A stretch of DNA of 59,056 nt, counting the filler, from Sphacelaria rigidula (lineage: Eukaryota): assembly GCA_964200075.2 (NCBI GenBank). It is 8 parts of 8 records of this genome, joined end to end, with 100 filler letters (N's around TTAATTAATTAA, not from the genome) between each part and the next. Parts side by side here need not be neighbours in the genome. Positions count along the whole stretch, not along the records: positions 22,187 to 29,480 come from CAXNAA020015578.1; positions 29,581 to 36,874 come from CAXNAA020015579.1; positions 36,975 to 44,268 come from CAXNAA020015580.1; 5 more parts are not named here. The stretch is one strand, 5' to 3'. Shown piece after piece: positions 26,491 to 39,222 of this stretch. The position numbers and the translations under genes are program-made. The stretch's first letter is position 1. Every line of letters starts with the position of its first letter. The notes beneath the pieces were generated by a model. It was not told where the DNA came from. It worked only from the letters and a program-made list of their open reading frames with translations, and made no database searches.

Positions 26491-27366
26491 AGTGAGTTGA
26501 GAGCCCAAAATTCAACAGATGGCAAACAATAGTATATGAACAATATTTGTGAAGTCGGATTTGGACGGGGGGTGTATGGTGGCGCAGGGGACGAAAGTAG
26601 CCGTCCCCGGGGGTGCTTTTTACCGTTTGCATACATGTGAATGGTTTGCGAAAGGCTGCGCTGTGCCCTCCGCACACGCTGTATCATCACCGAAGTCCAC
26701 AGATCGCCATTCTTGGGGTTAATGCTGGGGATACCGATCGAGGTTCCTTTTTCAATGTGTTCGCCCCTGGAATAAGGCGATATGCGGCGTTTTGCAGGCG
26801 GAATGTATTATTTTCGGCCGTTCGCCCATGTAGGGTAGTGCGCTAACAAGGAAAAGAAGGTTTCAACTGATGAAAACGCCAAGGGATTTCAAAAACGGTA
26901 TCGCCTAACGCATCGGACACGGTTAAGGAGTACCCGAGTGAATATTACCGACTTTGCTTATGGGACAAGGGAGGTATGTACCCATGTAGCACATGATGCT
27001 CATGTTGCGAGTCATGGCGGTCGCTTGCACATCGATCCCGGCCCTCGCTTGTTGAACGTGGAGTCGTGTTTGGATGGCGAGTAGCGGACCATTTGTATCC
27101 CACTCTGCACGCACTTGTTATTCTTTGTACCTTTTACATATTCCCTGCAGAGATGAGATGAACAGATTGTCGAGATAGCACAGCTCACCCTTCGACGTTG
27201 TGGCGCCAGGAAATTGCTGCATAGAATATGCTGGGCCCCAAATACCCCCTTTGTGCGATACCGTACCGCATCACGTCATATACATCCGTAGCCAAAACCA
27301 AAAACGATCCCCTGCAACGCAGTATCAGAGGATATGTTGTGGGCGTATCGTACGTTTAGCCCTGCA

Positions 27367-28074
27367 TATTCAGCCTGTGGAGACAGTGTTGCGGAGGCGT
27401 CCATGAAACGCCTGTGCGTGAAGCGCCCATATCGATGCTTGCGCGCGCGTCGATAAAAATCAACGATCGTTCTCGAGGAATGTGGAACACAAACATACCG
27501 TTCGCCGCATCGACGTGCGTATTTCCCAGGCCACGTGGCAAGCAGGGGCGGTAGCAGACGAGATGATCGCACTCAAACAGGTCGGGATCGTGGGTGGACG
27601 GAAAGAGACCGGAGACCGGCGGCCACGACGAGGAAAAGAAAAAAGCATCGGCGCATATTCTTTGGAGGGCAACCGGGAGAGTCGGGAACGTGAGGGTATG
27701 GATGACGATGATGATGGTGATGACGACAGCGACAAGGAAAACGACAATAGGGAGGATGGCGATGAGTGGGAAAACGACGATGGAGAGGAGGACAGTGACG
27801 ACAGTGATCTCATTACAGCGCACGTTGAAGAACCCAGGCGATTCGAGGGAAAAACAGCGTTTCTAAGCACGGAGTCGGGGAAACGGTGCGTAGTTGCTGA
27901 ATGGCGGGTTTCAGGCCAGGTTGAAATGGGTTGATGAGGAAATCGGGCGAAGGGTCGCGTCAGCTTGGCTCACGGACTTGTCTGGACGGCCGCTTGCAAC
28001 CTGGAGATGAGCTTTCAGTAGCGGTACATATGTTGTTGACCTCGTCGATTCACGTTTGGATGCTATTTTTCAGG
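27367..28074 (+). pseudogene. Frameshifted exon relic: Rad18-type UBZ4 zinc finger followed by an acidic D/E-rich tract
   Basis: YSACGDSVAEASM and (S)AHIDAC lie in different frames, separated by a short duplication. Removing it restores C-x11-H-x3-C spacing, with the first Cys replaced by Tyr. The frame continues into MDDDDDGDDDSDKENDNREDGDEWENDDGEEDSDDSD. Confidence 0.45.
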
Positions 28075-28341
28075 GTAAACTCACAGGCGGCTGTGCTAAA
28101 ATAAGCTGGGTATTTGACCAAATGATGGCGCAATCGCTATCGATGGCTTGGGATGAGAAACAGAAGCAGCCAATTGATAGTAGCATGAGATTTGTTCCGG
28201 TGTGCTTGATATTCTAGTACTGGTAGTTTGCAGAAACCCCGTCGAAATGCCTCGTCACGAAGCCATCTGCATGTCTTGGGTGTGCACCGTTTGCGTAGAT
28301 TCTCATCCGGCGTCCTTGTAATATCTCGCGACTCTCGATAG

Positions 28342-29016
28342 AGTGGAAGGAGTGCTCGCTCTCACCGTGGGGGGAAGCAAGGGTGGAGCAGACTGGCCTA
28401 AAATCATCGGAAGCGCCACGGGAGATGGCGCTCGTCTAGAGCTCAAAGGTTTCATAAACCCGCGCGGAAAGGTGTACATCTACAAGGTGAGGCGAGCCTG
28501 TAAGACTAGAAGGCGGCACACCCTTCATCACGTTTGGCGAATGCCGTCGTTCATTTCCATCACAATTCCCACTCTTCGAAGAAGTTGATCACTTGTCAAA
28601 ATCGATATTTCTTGTATATCTGTGATGGAAAATTTAATGTCCAAACCATTTTGCCTGGAGGTGGCTGTTGTCGCCGTCTTGCCCTGCCTCCCCCTCCCCC
28701 TGCACCCGTCCGCCCGCCCGTAATGCGTATGTTTTCGCCGCTCGATAAGCGATGATAACTCGAATATTTAGCTCCATGACCTGGAGTAAATAACGTGTCG
28801 AGTATATCGTCCATGACCCGAATCCTTCAGAATAGTCATCCTCCAATACTTCCATGTACTTACATTTTTTGATCGACTGAGTGTTTTGGCCACTTTTTGT
28901 TGTTGTATTCATCATGCATTCTATTGTGCTCGTCTATTCGTGCATTCCTGTGTTATCAGGCGTTCGACGTGACTGACACGAGCTTGGATGGAACACAAAA
29001 GGGACGGAAAGGAAAG
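28342..29016 (+). CDS. Two consecutive exons of an unknown gene (28342-28486, 28960-29016)
   Basis: gatag/gtgagg and tatcag/gtaaga boundaries with a phase-0 join: VEGVLALTVGGSKGGADWPKIIGSATGDGARLELKGFINPRGKVYIYK|AFDVTDTSLDGTQKGRKGK. Confidence 0.65.
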
Positions 29017-29803
29017 GTAAGATGGGGACAACGACAACGTTGTTTCCGGTATGAAAAGGGTGTGCTATTGGCCGCAGGGTGAGACACATTTTTGGTGAAG
29101 GATACAAAGATGTCCCAGAGCCAAACGAAGCGACTTCAATCAGTAAAGAGCCAAATACGCGACATCCATTGAGTGATGCTACGATGGGTGGGGGGAGGGA
29201 ATCTGATTCGACCAAAAACAGAGGGGCACAGGTGTATCAAATGACCTGAGTACTCACGGTCCGTTTGTATTTGGACCAAAACGGCGTCAAGTGATACGAA
29301 TGAGTGTGTCTTATTGGTAACAAGCGCGTTCGAACATACATTCCTGCTTTAACGACGATTCATGGTAGAATGTCGTGGGAGACATGGTCTAAATCCCCCC
29401 CCCCCCCCTTGCCCCCCTGTCCCGCGCATCCGAAAAAAACCCGGTAGAAACAACGCCGCCTCTCCACCCCCCTTGCCCCCNNNNNNNNNNNNNNNNNNNN
29501 NNNNNNNNNNNNNNNNNNNNNNNNTTAATTAATTAANNNNNNNNNNNNNNNNNNNNNNNNNNNNNNNNNNNNNNNNNNNNATTTTGGGTTAAGCCACCCA
29601 CGCTACTTTGAGGGGCATGGGTTTTGTAGGGCGTTTCCCGACATGTCGTGTATCTGCCTTGACCGGCGCCCATGGATTGTCTAGATGGAGCACAAGCTGT
29701 TGAGGGGAGGGGGTTTTTGCCCGGATGGCCGGGTTTCCCCCTTGAAACTTTTTTTTTTTTTAGAGGAAAAGCCACGACGACTGATGTACCGGTTCAGAGG
29801 GGG

Positions 29804-30054
29804 TGTTCATGTGAACAGGTACACTGAGTGAACATGCACACGTGCGGATAGAATGATGCGGACGTGCGGGTACTTGAAGTGGAGTGTGTGTGACTACAGT
29901 ATCCCGCTCATCGCAGCTACCGAGCTGCCATGAGCCCTCACTCTCAACATCTGATCCCTCAGTCATAGGGTCGACTCAGTCTAGGCACTCTCCAATAATA
30001 CAAAAGATAAAACTAATTATCCTTTGCCACGGGCAACGGAATAAGGTCTTTCCA
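29804..30054 (+). mobile_element. Copia-family LTR (3' LTR), same family as 8953-9200
   Basis: TGTTCATGTGAACAGG...TTTCCA preceded by the polypurine tract AGAGGGGG. Shares ctcagtcatagggtcgactcagtctaggcactctccaataatac with the contig 2 LTR. Confidence 0.85.
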
Positions 30055-30714
30055 GGAAGCTATTGTTTGGCCGAAACAACCCAGCCTTGGGTGTGGTCAT
30101 GGCCACGCTTGGGTACAACGTTCATGAACACAGTTGTGGGATATAAGCTTATATGTCCCACCACCTGTCTCTTGTTACATGACACGTAGACAGCACCACA
30201 GGTCACAGAAGACGTAATAGTGCATTGAACGGGGCAATCCAGCAACCAATCGTTTGGCTGAAGCAACCCCGTGTTTGCCCTGTTCAGGCCAGTGGGGTGA
30301 AAAGTCCATGAACACACTGTTGGGGCGTATACGGCATATTTGAAAGGCTTCTATACCTCACCACCAGGTCACAGAGCACGTGAAGGTGCGATGCTGTGAC
30401 ACAGGGCGATCAAGCAACCCATATTTTGCCCGAAACAAGTCAGTATCTGGCCTGCTCCTGCGAATAGCCTGAAAATACACCGTAATGAATACTGCTAGTA
30501 CAGCTTGGGATACAAGGCGTCGGACGTTGGAATCCTTAGCAATCCCGTGCCCCCCAAATACGGATATTGTGCTAAACAAATGGAGATCAACGGCTAGATT
30601 GAAAAAAAATGACGCGAAGTATAATATGACACGCAAATAGCATTCTACACCTGGATCCCCCCACCCCGCCAAAAGTATTATACGAGGGTGAACGTGTACG
30701 ATTAGAATTTTTTA

Positions 30715-31400
30715 CAACCGTATTTGGCAGCTGTTTTGCCCTTTTCTACGTTCACCGCTGTTGTTGTCACTGAAATCCCTCGTTCGCTTCTGCCGGCACG
30801 GAACTTCCTGCTGTGTGGGAGGGCTTGCAGATTCCTCCTAGACGGTCTTTTTCGCGCCCGTCTGTTGCTGAAGGGGACGGGAATCCTCCTCTTCGTTTCC
30901 CGGCCTCCCATTTTGGCGTGGCTCTGTGGAATTTTGTTCTTTGTCTTTACCTGCAGCTGGGTTCGAGTCGAAGTGTACGTACTCCGCAACTTTGCCTTGA
31001 ATAATCAGCGTTGATGAACTGGTGCAGATCACGTAATATCTCCGACGTAGTCCTTGCTCTTCGCCATCGCGAAAACTCGGCGAGTGTCGGAAGCAGCACT
31101 GTCCTGCGCTGTCCGTACTTCTGACTTAGACGTGTGCACACCTTCAGACTTGTCATCAAACGTGGGCCCCCAATCGTTCTCGTCGTCGCCTTCGCGGTGA
31201 CCGTCCCACCCTTGGCCGTCTTCATGGGGCCATGGCAAGTCGTTTCCGTCTTCTGTTGCCAGGCAGTCGGTCGCGTCTCCTCGAATTTCATTTTGCTCGT
31301 CTTTCAGCTTATGCAATTCGTTGTAGACCTTTTGCGTACACAACGGTGCGCACCACATGAGATGGCAATTGAAACTGCAATCGTTCGAGATTAAGCATGC
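30715..31400 (-). pseudogene. Decayed intronless coding relic, unidentified
   Basis: Protein-like segments in successive frames (VYNELHKLKDEQNEIRGD...FAMAKSKDYVGDIT / ICTSSSTLIIQGKVAEYVHFDSNP...) broken by stops and frameshifts. Confidence 0.35.
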
Positions 31401-33109
31401 GCCGCCATGTCACACTTCTCTTCGGGGGTGGTGTGGAATTGACTGTACTGCCGAGGGATGTTCATGAGAGATGCCTACACGGACAATGGTTGTCTGGGTC
31501 TGTGCACGTTTCCACAACGCGAGACAAGTACGGAACAAAAGGACGTCGGGCATGTTCCACCGCCGCGCATCTGTCATATTTTCCCAGCTCACCCTTCGCT
31601 TTCCCACTTTGCACAGAAGACAACCGTCGCCGCCCATTTCGAGCAGTCAAAATATCTGCTGTGCAGGAATGCCCCCCGCAGTCCACCCTCGGATGCCGTC
31701 TATCCATTCTTTAACCACGGAAGGCGGCAGTATATCTTCCGCTGCTCTCGAGATCGCTCCGCGTGGATCGTGGTCATGCTGGCAGCAAGACTCAGCAACG
31801 GAGGTAATCAGTCCCATGCACGACAGGGGTGGGTATACGTTTCAACTAGGCTCACTCGACTAACGACTCATCCATGCAGAATAGTTCGAGTATCACTCGA
31901 GCTAAGATGGACAAGGGAGGCCTGAGAAATGCAAACTCAGAGAGGACATCGCCGCGTTGCTTTATTCTACTGGACACAGTATGGCCATATTGAAAAGGCA
32001 TCCAACCTGCGTCGGGCGTACGGAAGCGGGGGCGTTACCGGGCGAACGTGCACACTGGTGCTGGTGCTTTAAACATCGACATGCCTGAGACAAAGGGTGC
32101 GAGGTGGTCCTACCTTCGGTTCTCGACGCCTCAATGACAACGTGTCCGCGTCAGCAATGCAACAGGTTTGGTCAAGACTGCCCACGTTTTTCGACGTCCT
32201 CTTCCTTCGCTTGTCTTCCATGAGCATCGGATTTGTTTCTCGCTGTTGACCGGAGTGAACGCATATGACTTCACAGTGCTTGTATCGTGCCCTATCCGTC
32301 GTCTGCAGGAACACGGGAACGACAACAACGCATGTCAACGGCAGATGTGTACCCGCGATACAGCACCCAGTCATAGTGCGTATTTGTGGATGCGCGATTG
32401 TGTGGATGAAGCGGGGACCATCTCTCATACTACGGGTATTGCGCTATTCCTATTGTATATTGATATACCAGAGCAATTACCTCTATCTGGACGCGAAAGC
32501 AGATCACTTGATATATACAGAGTGTGAATGACCTACCAGTATCCCCGTCCCCGCGTAAGATACAGTCACAGCTCTCCTTCCAGTGCTGGTTCCCCCGTGG
32601 GTAATAGTTTTTTGTTTTCATATTTGTGCATGCGTCTTCCCGCGGTGCATTCGACCCACCATTTTCTTGAGGTTCCGTGTAAGGGTTTCATACCCAGCAG
32701 CACTTAGCTCTCCAAGAAGAGTGTCAAACACTGTGTCCCAGGTCTCTTGAGGAGAGGCAAGAAAGTGGAAAACCCACCCTGCTTTGGCAATACCATCCGC
32801 ATCTCCGGAAGCGTGTCGTGTATTTCCTTCGTTCGGCTCCTAAAACACAAAATATACAAAGCAAAATGGAAATGTTGTTCAACGGGAAGTAAACGTAAAC
32901 AACACCTTGACTCCAAAGACTAAACACTCTCATGCACGGAACGTATAGCCAGCAGACCGACACAAACCGGTGAACGATCACCTCACGGCCGCGTCTCTTC
33001 TACTCCCAACGCCTTGGTATAAGTCCACTGCTTCCGCTGTCTGAACTACTCTCGTTTCCTCCGCTGTACTTGCTGTCTAGGCTACCACTCGCAGGTCAAC
33101 CACTTTCCT

Positions 33110-34392
33110 CGTCAAAATTACCTCCCCCCTGGATCTCGTTCTCTTTCCAGTCAGCTTCTGTTTCTTCAAGATCCCTGGGCTGCTAGGCAGATATTTTTAT
33201 GCTCCTGTCGTCGAATAAACCCCCTCACTACGATGAACCTCGGTTTGTGCCACCTCCCTCTTCCTCCTTGCTGCTACTACCGTCCGAACTGCTGCCATCC
33301 TTCGACGAACCTGCCCCCGCGGACCTCCCTTTGCTTGCGGTCGGCTTACCTTTCCCCTCCTCCTCACTACCATTGCCTAAAATGCTGCCGTCTTCCGCTG
33401 AACCCCCCCACCGCGGATCTCTCTTCGTTTGCGGCCGATTTATCTTTGTTCGTCATTCCCCTCGTTCTGGCGCTTGGTATGAGCGATAAACGTCGCGATG
33501 CAGCATTCGCTTGGGCATGCCGCACGCCTACCTCAACATGCTTTGCAAGCGTTGTTTTCGCGCTCTCTGCGGCGTCCTTCAGCACATCATCGTACGACAC
33601 ACAGTCGTCTTGTTTCAGGTTCATACATTGATCTTCATTACTGTTCCGTAATGAGGTTGGCTGAAGTCCGAAGGTCCAGTGTAAGGGGGACTGCCAACAT
33701 CAACTCCTTTACAACCCTGAACTAACGCAGGCGACAACGGGGCAGGAAAGAGTAGCTTGACGGAGAGAGCGTTTGACTTCTACACAACCATTTCCGATAC
33801 GCTTCATATATCAAATGTTCCAACAACCACACTTCACTGATCTACGCCGGGTATACAATCTCACCGAGGGTTTGAACCAACCACCATCACACGGCCCCAT
33901 CTCCAAGCATCGTTCCGCCGCCTCTTTCTGGACCTGATTTTGCTTCTTTCTCAGCTTTTTCAAGGCGCTCTCTCCCGTGGATCTCTCCCTCGCATCCTTC
34001 ATTAGCTGATCCCCACGGGCGCGCGTCTTCTCATCATCATTGCCCCCCCCCAAAGGTCCCTTGGGGCGAGTTGCGTTTTTCGTCGTAGCCCGGCTCTCCT
34101 TCCGGGGTGTTGCCAATTACTGTGAGGGTTCTACTCTCGTTTCACTCCGCACATTTAGCCCAACCAAGCTCTTGCTCCAGCACAAACGCGCGTAATATGA
34201 GTCCGCGTTGAATCTCCTTTTCGGCGTCTGTGATGCCGGACTTGCCGCTCTCTCCTAACACGGTCAGCAGACGACCCCTGCCCTTCATCTTCGCACCCCT
34301 CCTCCTTCCCTCCTGCGGTGTTCCTCTCTTTACCTTCGCTGCCGTCCTCTGCGCCGGACTTGCCCCCACTCCCCGCCTTTCCACCGCGTCCC

Positions 34393-34430
<38 letters not shown>

Positions 34431-34600
34431 CCCCCCCCCCCCCCCCCCCCCCCTCCCCTGTGCTCTCCTCACTCGCGTACGTCTCGTACTTGCCCTTGTT
34501 TCCATCTGCCTTTTCACCTGCGTCTTTCGCCTCACCGGGGGAAAAGGCCTCTGCAGCAACCCCGGCTGCCTTCAGACCCACCTCCAGTCCTGCTTCGTCC
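33110..34600 (-). pseudogene. Decayed low-complexity G/E/K/S-rich coding relic, unidentified
   Basis: Protein-like segments (GITDAEKEIQRGLILRAFVLEQELGWAKC; ESALKKLRKKQNQVQKEAAERCLEM; YDDVLKDAAESAKTTLAKHVEVG) in shifting frames. Confidence 0.4.
34394..34458. repeat. Poly-C/poly-G tract (~65 bp)
   Basis: Seen directly; two T interruptions. Confidence 0.95.
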
Positions 34601-35539
34601 TGAGCTCAAATTAATCATCAATCGAGGCACGGTATCGGAGGTATTCAAAATTTGGACACGTTGGGAAATCAAAGTTGCAGGCATTTCCACCAAGGTGAAA
34701 AATGGCAACAATATATATATATGTATATATATTGTTGCCATATACGGTGCTGTTCCTTAGTGGACCATGGTTCTGTTCCTTAGTGAACCGTGCCTGGGTA
34801 CTCTTATTTCGTCTCTACTCGAATGCTCACCAGGCGTTTGGCAAACCTCCGTCAGGTGACTTGTTGGGCCGCATTCGCAGAGCCTACCTGCAAGCAGTCC
34901 AGTAACGCAGGCAAAACAACGACGTACGGTCAGAGTCCCAATTGAGCTTGATGTCTCCAACGTTCTATGTCATGCCCGAATGTACGTGTGCTCAGCTTTC
35001 GGGCATGTCTCGTGATCTCCTGTGGAATATGTGCATTGGTGAGATTTCTTGATAAGCGCATCGAGTTCACCGCCGCCGGGCACTCGCGTGATTTAATTTC
35101 TGTTTTTCGGATATTTTTTTCCTCTGTCTGGAGTGATGGTCGGGCTGAAGTCAAGGGTGGAGGTTGGGTCATTCCGGTTTCCCAGTGTACCCGGAACATC
35201 CAATCGCCCGATACCAAATACCCCCCTCCCCCCCCCTGATACAGTCGAAGTCAGTAGTGCGCCGCATACAGCTGAGTCTTGCTCGGGTTGATGTCAGAGT
35301 AAAGCGAACAACCCATCAGGCCACCGGGAGGACACACCGCACTCAAAATGATCATTCTCACGCCCCGGGGTGCCAAGTATTCTGATACGGTATCCATTAC
35401 ACGACCACCTAGGACACGGTCTTACCCATTTCTCGGCGCCCATCAGTTCGTTAACAACAGATTATCGCTGCTCGGCCGTGAGGCTAGGTCCGAGTTGTGC
35501 ACAGCTTCGTGCAATTCTGCGGATGCGACGCCCCGCGAG

Positions 35540-36750
35540 GCCTTACGCGTATCACACCTCAAGGCGTGAAACTTCGAAACAACCTGGCACTGGGCAGCGG
35601 TAGCGCTATCGGAGGATATCGCCACGAAGAGTTTGAGCTCCGGCAGCGCTCCACTGAAAGATCGCCGGAAGCCACACACGACATCGAAAGGCGGGGCTTG
35701 TGGTTTTCGCTGTAACCCAGGGTCACGACCACGTGGATCGTTTGCCTCGCTCTTCCTGCTGTGGATACTGGTTGAAACAGGATGTGCTTCGACGCCGCTC
35801 CTTGGATATCGCTGAGGCTGTTGACTGCGTCAGAAACAACACGAGCCGGCGCACAAGAGACGAAGGGCGATCATATTGCAATTCCGCAAGAGTGCGACGA
35901 GTACTAAATGAGCTTGGATTGGCACCGATAGTCTTCTCGACTTACCTGGCATGGGCCTCAGCACAATCGTCTGGTGAGCACGTGCCATCCGAACGAGGTA
36001 CAAATTTATTTGGCATGCAGTCGTGACTAAGATGATTGACGAGAACATGACGCGTGTTCGACAACCGGAGTCCTCCTATAATGTTTCAAAATCGAATACT
36101 CGCCCGTGGTTTCTCCCAGGCGAACAGCAGTGAATTGGGCGTATCTGTCTGCGGCCTAGATATGGTGAACGCTATCTCGAAAAATCCACTCTTGTGAGAG
36201 AAACACCCGGAGAGGAGACCGGACGACAGTGGCCCACATGGGACACACGGACTACTGGAGCCATACCCCCTCGCTGGCAATGTGCCGCAGCAGGGCGAAG
36301 CACATAAGCCGCGCACACTCCATCGACGAAACGCGCAAGTTGTCTTCGGTGTCAGACAACACGTGCCACCCGTCGGCCGCAAGCATCTCCCGCACCTCAG
36401 ACAAATAGTTGGATCAGTCGCCGAAGAAGTCGAACTACTCAGGGAGGAGAAGGCCCACGTGCTTGGTGGTCGTGAGCACGATGGAAAATCTCAGCTTCGC
36501 CGCCAAAGATCTCACAGTGCTTCTGATATCATGTTCTCCACCTTTGAAGAAGAGTGCGGCACTGAGTTCAACGAGCAATTGGCGTCGCCTTCGGACTAGA
36601 AGACGGGGGTACCCTTCACCGCCATCTTCGGGGCAAATCTCCCTGGGAAAGGCCGCCGTGAAACCGTTCGTGGGCAAACCTTTCCCGAGTAGCTTTGCTT
36701 TCGTCTACACGAGAGGAGGACAGGCAACATCGACAATGCTAAAGTTCAGA
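35540..36750 (-). pseudogene. Long intronless ORF relic with in-frame stops, unidentified
   Basis: One frame stays protein-like through isolated stops: ...PRLLVRRRRQLLVELSAALFFKGG...LLLPE*FDFFGD*SNYLSEVREMLAADGWHVLSDTEDNLRVSSMECARLMCFALLRHIASEGVWLQ*SVCPMWATVV...DSVHHI*AADRYAQF, with RYRCPVPGCFE further downstream. Confidence 0.5.
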
Positions 36751-37007
36751 GGTCGAACACGGGGGGGGTGTACTCACGATCATGCATGCAATGGTCATCA
36801 GACCATTGACCTCGCATCCATACAATGCCGGGACGGAGCACGCCGGGATTTCGCCGGACCAAGCTCGCACTCAANNNNNNNNNNNNNNNNNNNNNNNNNN
36901 NNNNNNNNNNNNNNNNNNTTAATTAATTAANNNNNNNNNNNNNNNNNNNNNNNNNNNNNNNNNNNNNNNNNNNNTTTGTTTGAACCACAAAATATAAAAT
37001 CGGCTGT

Positions 37008-37732
37008 TAATAGCTGTTGTGCGATGTGGTATATGATATTATTGCGAGAGGAATGCGGGGATGAAATAAGGGAATATGTAACTATATATCGCTGCTACCG
37101 TACGTTTCAGTCATGAATTTCGAGTCTTCTCTTTTTCTTTTGTCGCTTTGTCATTGATTGCTTGCCATTTGGTAATATACGGGCACATGTGTGAGCTAAG
37201 GCGCGTGGGCTCTAGTTCCAGTAGAATAGGCGTCAGTAGTTACGGAAGAGCACCCCTCAAAAGCTGCACTCCTGTGACTATTGATCAGTTCGTGGAAAGG
37301 TTGTTTTTTGCGAGGTTCAAGCCCTGCACTACCCCAGAATCCAGTGTAACTGATCCGGGGTGTCGACGCGCGATCAAGCTGACTAGCCGATCGTTCTCCA
37401 GTCTAATTGTGATCCCGGGAAAACGACAGCGACCGTACGTGTCTGCTGTTTCTGTCGTTGGAAAGGGCGCTATAGATTTTTTTCCTTCCCTAACGGATGG
37501 AGTTTTCCCCTGCTTATCAGGGTTTACCTATTCATTAGATCTGCAACGAGTTTTCCCCGGTACTGTAATTCAGCAGGTTTTTCTCGTTTTGTTTTCAGAC
37601 GTATGATGCACAGGCTTTGTTTTTGTCCTGGCCCTTCCAGCCCTCCTATAAATTTGTGTTGAGCCACATAAATACGGCTAGGGGGATGTTACAGATTTAT
37701 TAGTCATTTTCCAGTCGACTAGCATCCATGTG
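37008..37732 (+). mobile_element. Gypsy-like 3' UTR + PPT + LTR start, copy 1 (copy 2 at 42617-43598)
   Basis: About 720 bp of collinear direct repeat within contig 6. Both copies contain ctaGGGGGA-TGT(T/C)ACAGA (PPT then TG start at 37687 and 43551). Confidence 0.75.
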
Positions 37733-38858
37733 TCATACTTTGTCATACTTTGTCATGCTTGGTATCTGATGGGTCATACTACATTGTGTGGTAGAATCTG
37801 GCCGTGTGCCTCCCTGTGTGCCCTCACGTGTCACAGCGTTTTGGACTATGCATCTCAACTAGCAAAGCACAAGTTAGCCTGTACGCCAATATACAAGAGC
37901 ATCCACGCCATCACGGTCTGCGATCTCAGAGGATTCTCTGGTCTTCACAAAATGTAAGCCTGACCTTCATGCAACACATGTTGTCCTGCAGCCTGCGCGG
38001 CTCACGGCATGCCACCTGACCACTGGTGCGGTGGCTGACTCTACACTTGGTAACGTCGAGCTCAGGTGGATTCGATACTAATGATTATGTTTGGGGCCCG
38101 CTAGGCTGGTGCCCACTGAACTGGCATCATTCCCATCTAGGCGGTAAGTATCGAACCATGACATGGTGTCCAACCCGTGCTTGTGTAGAGTCAACACTGG
38201 CATGCTCCGACCACAAACTTTCGGAGGGGAGGGTTTTCTGGCGTGTGGGTCGGATCAGGAAAAATGTTACTTCTTTTATATAGAGTAAATAGTGTGCCTG
38301 TTGACAAATAATTGTAGTTTCCACAGTGTGTCTTACCTACAACATCACTTAGCATGTAGTAGACAGTGCTTTTGAAGTTCACGACTCGGTGTCACTGGGA
38401 TGTATGAAGAGCATGTACAATGAGCGTACTATGAGGGTACGCTGCTTCGGCTCTTCGCACTCTTTCGCTCTGTCGTCACTTACCATACGTACGTTGAGCA
38501 TAAGAAGTTGAGCATGGACTATGTTGTTTGCTCTTGTCCCGTGGTACCCTTTGTGCCTCCCTGGTTTTGCCCCGTGGGTTCCCTGTGCTTCTTCTTTCCG
38601 CCCGCTGCATAATTACACCGTACTCATGCACAAACAGATCATCGGGTGATCAGAACCAGTTTCTCAACAGTGTCGCGCCCTACGCTATGACGGAGGTAAC
38701 CAGACGTTCAAAGCGACATGACCTAGCCGATATAATTTAATGAAAGGCAATACGATCGAACGAGAATTGGAGGAGTTCAACGAACCAGAGGGCCTACAAT
38801 TACTTCGAGGCGTTTCGGGACATCAGGCTCCAGACAGCTGCGGACGCTGTGCAGCCGC

Positions 38859-39020
38859 GTTGTTGTTGTCTGTTGTTGTGGTTTTCGCTGTTGTTCTGTG
38901 CTGCTGCTCGTCGCTGCCGTGCCGTCGCTGTGTGTTGTTGGTTGTTGCTGCTGTGTGTTGTTGTTGCTGCTGCTGTGTGTTGTTGTAGCTGCTGCTGTGT
39001 GTTGTGGTTATTGTTGTTAC

Positions 39021-39088
<68 letters not shown>

Positions 39089-39164
39089 GTTGTCTGTCGT
39101 TGTAGTCTATTATTACTGTTGCTGTTTTTGTGGTTGTGGTTGTCTGTTGCTGCTGCTGCTATTG

Positions 39165-39221
<57 letters not shown>
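38859..39221. repeat. Compound (GTT)n/(GCT)n microsatellite field
   Basis: Long pure GTT run (about 39021-39086) and GCT run (about 39165-39220) within degenerate TG-rich triplets. It generates the spurious poly-L/C/A ORFs. Confidence 0.95.

Positions 39222-39222
<1 letters not shown>

Noticed and set aside
34155..34760. Poly-Pro/poly-Gly ORFs
   Set aside because: They are produced by the poly-C tract, whose length may also be a sequencing artefact.
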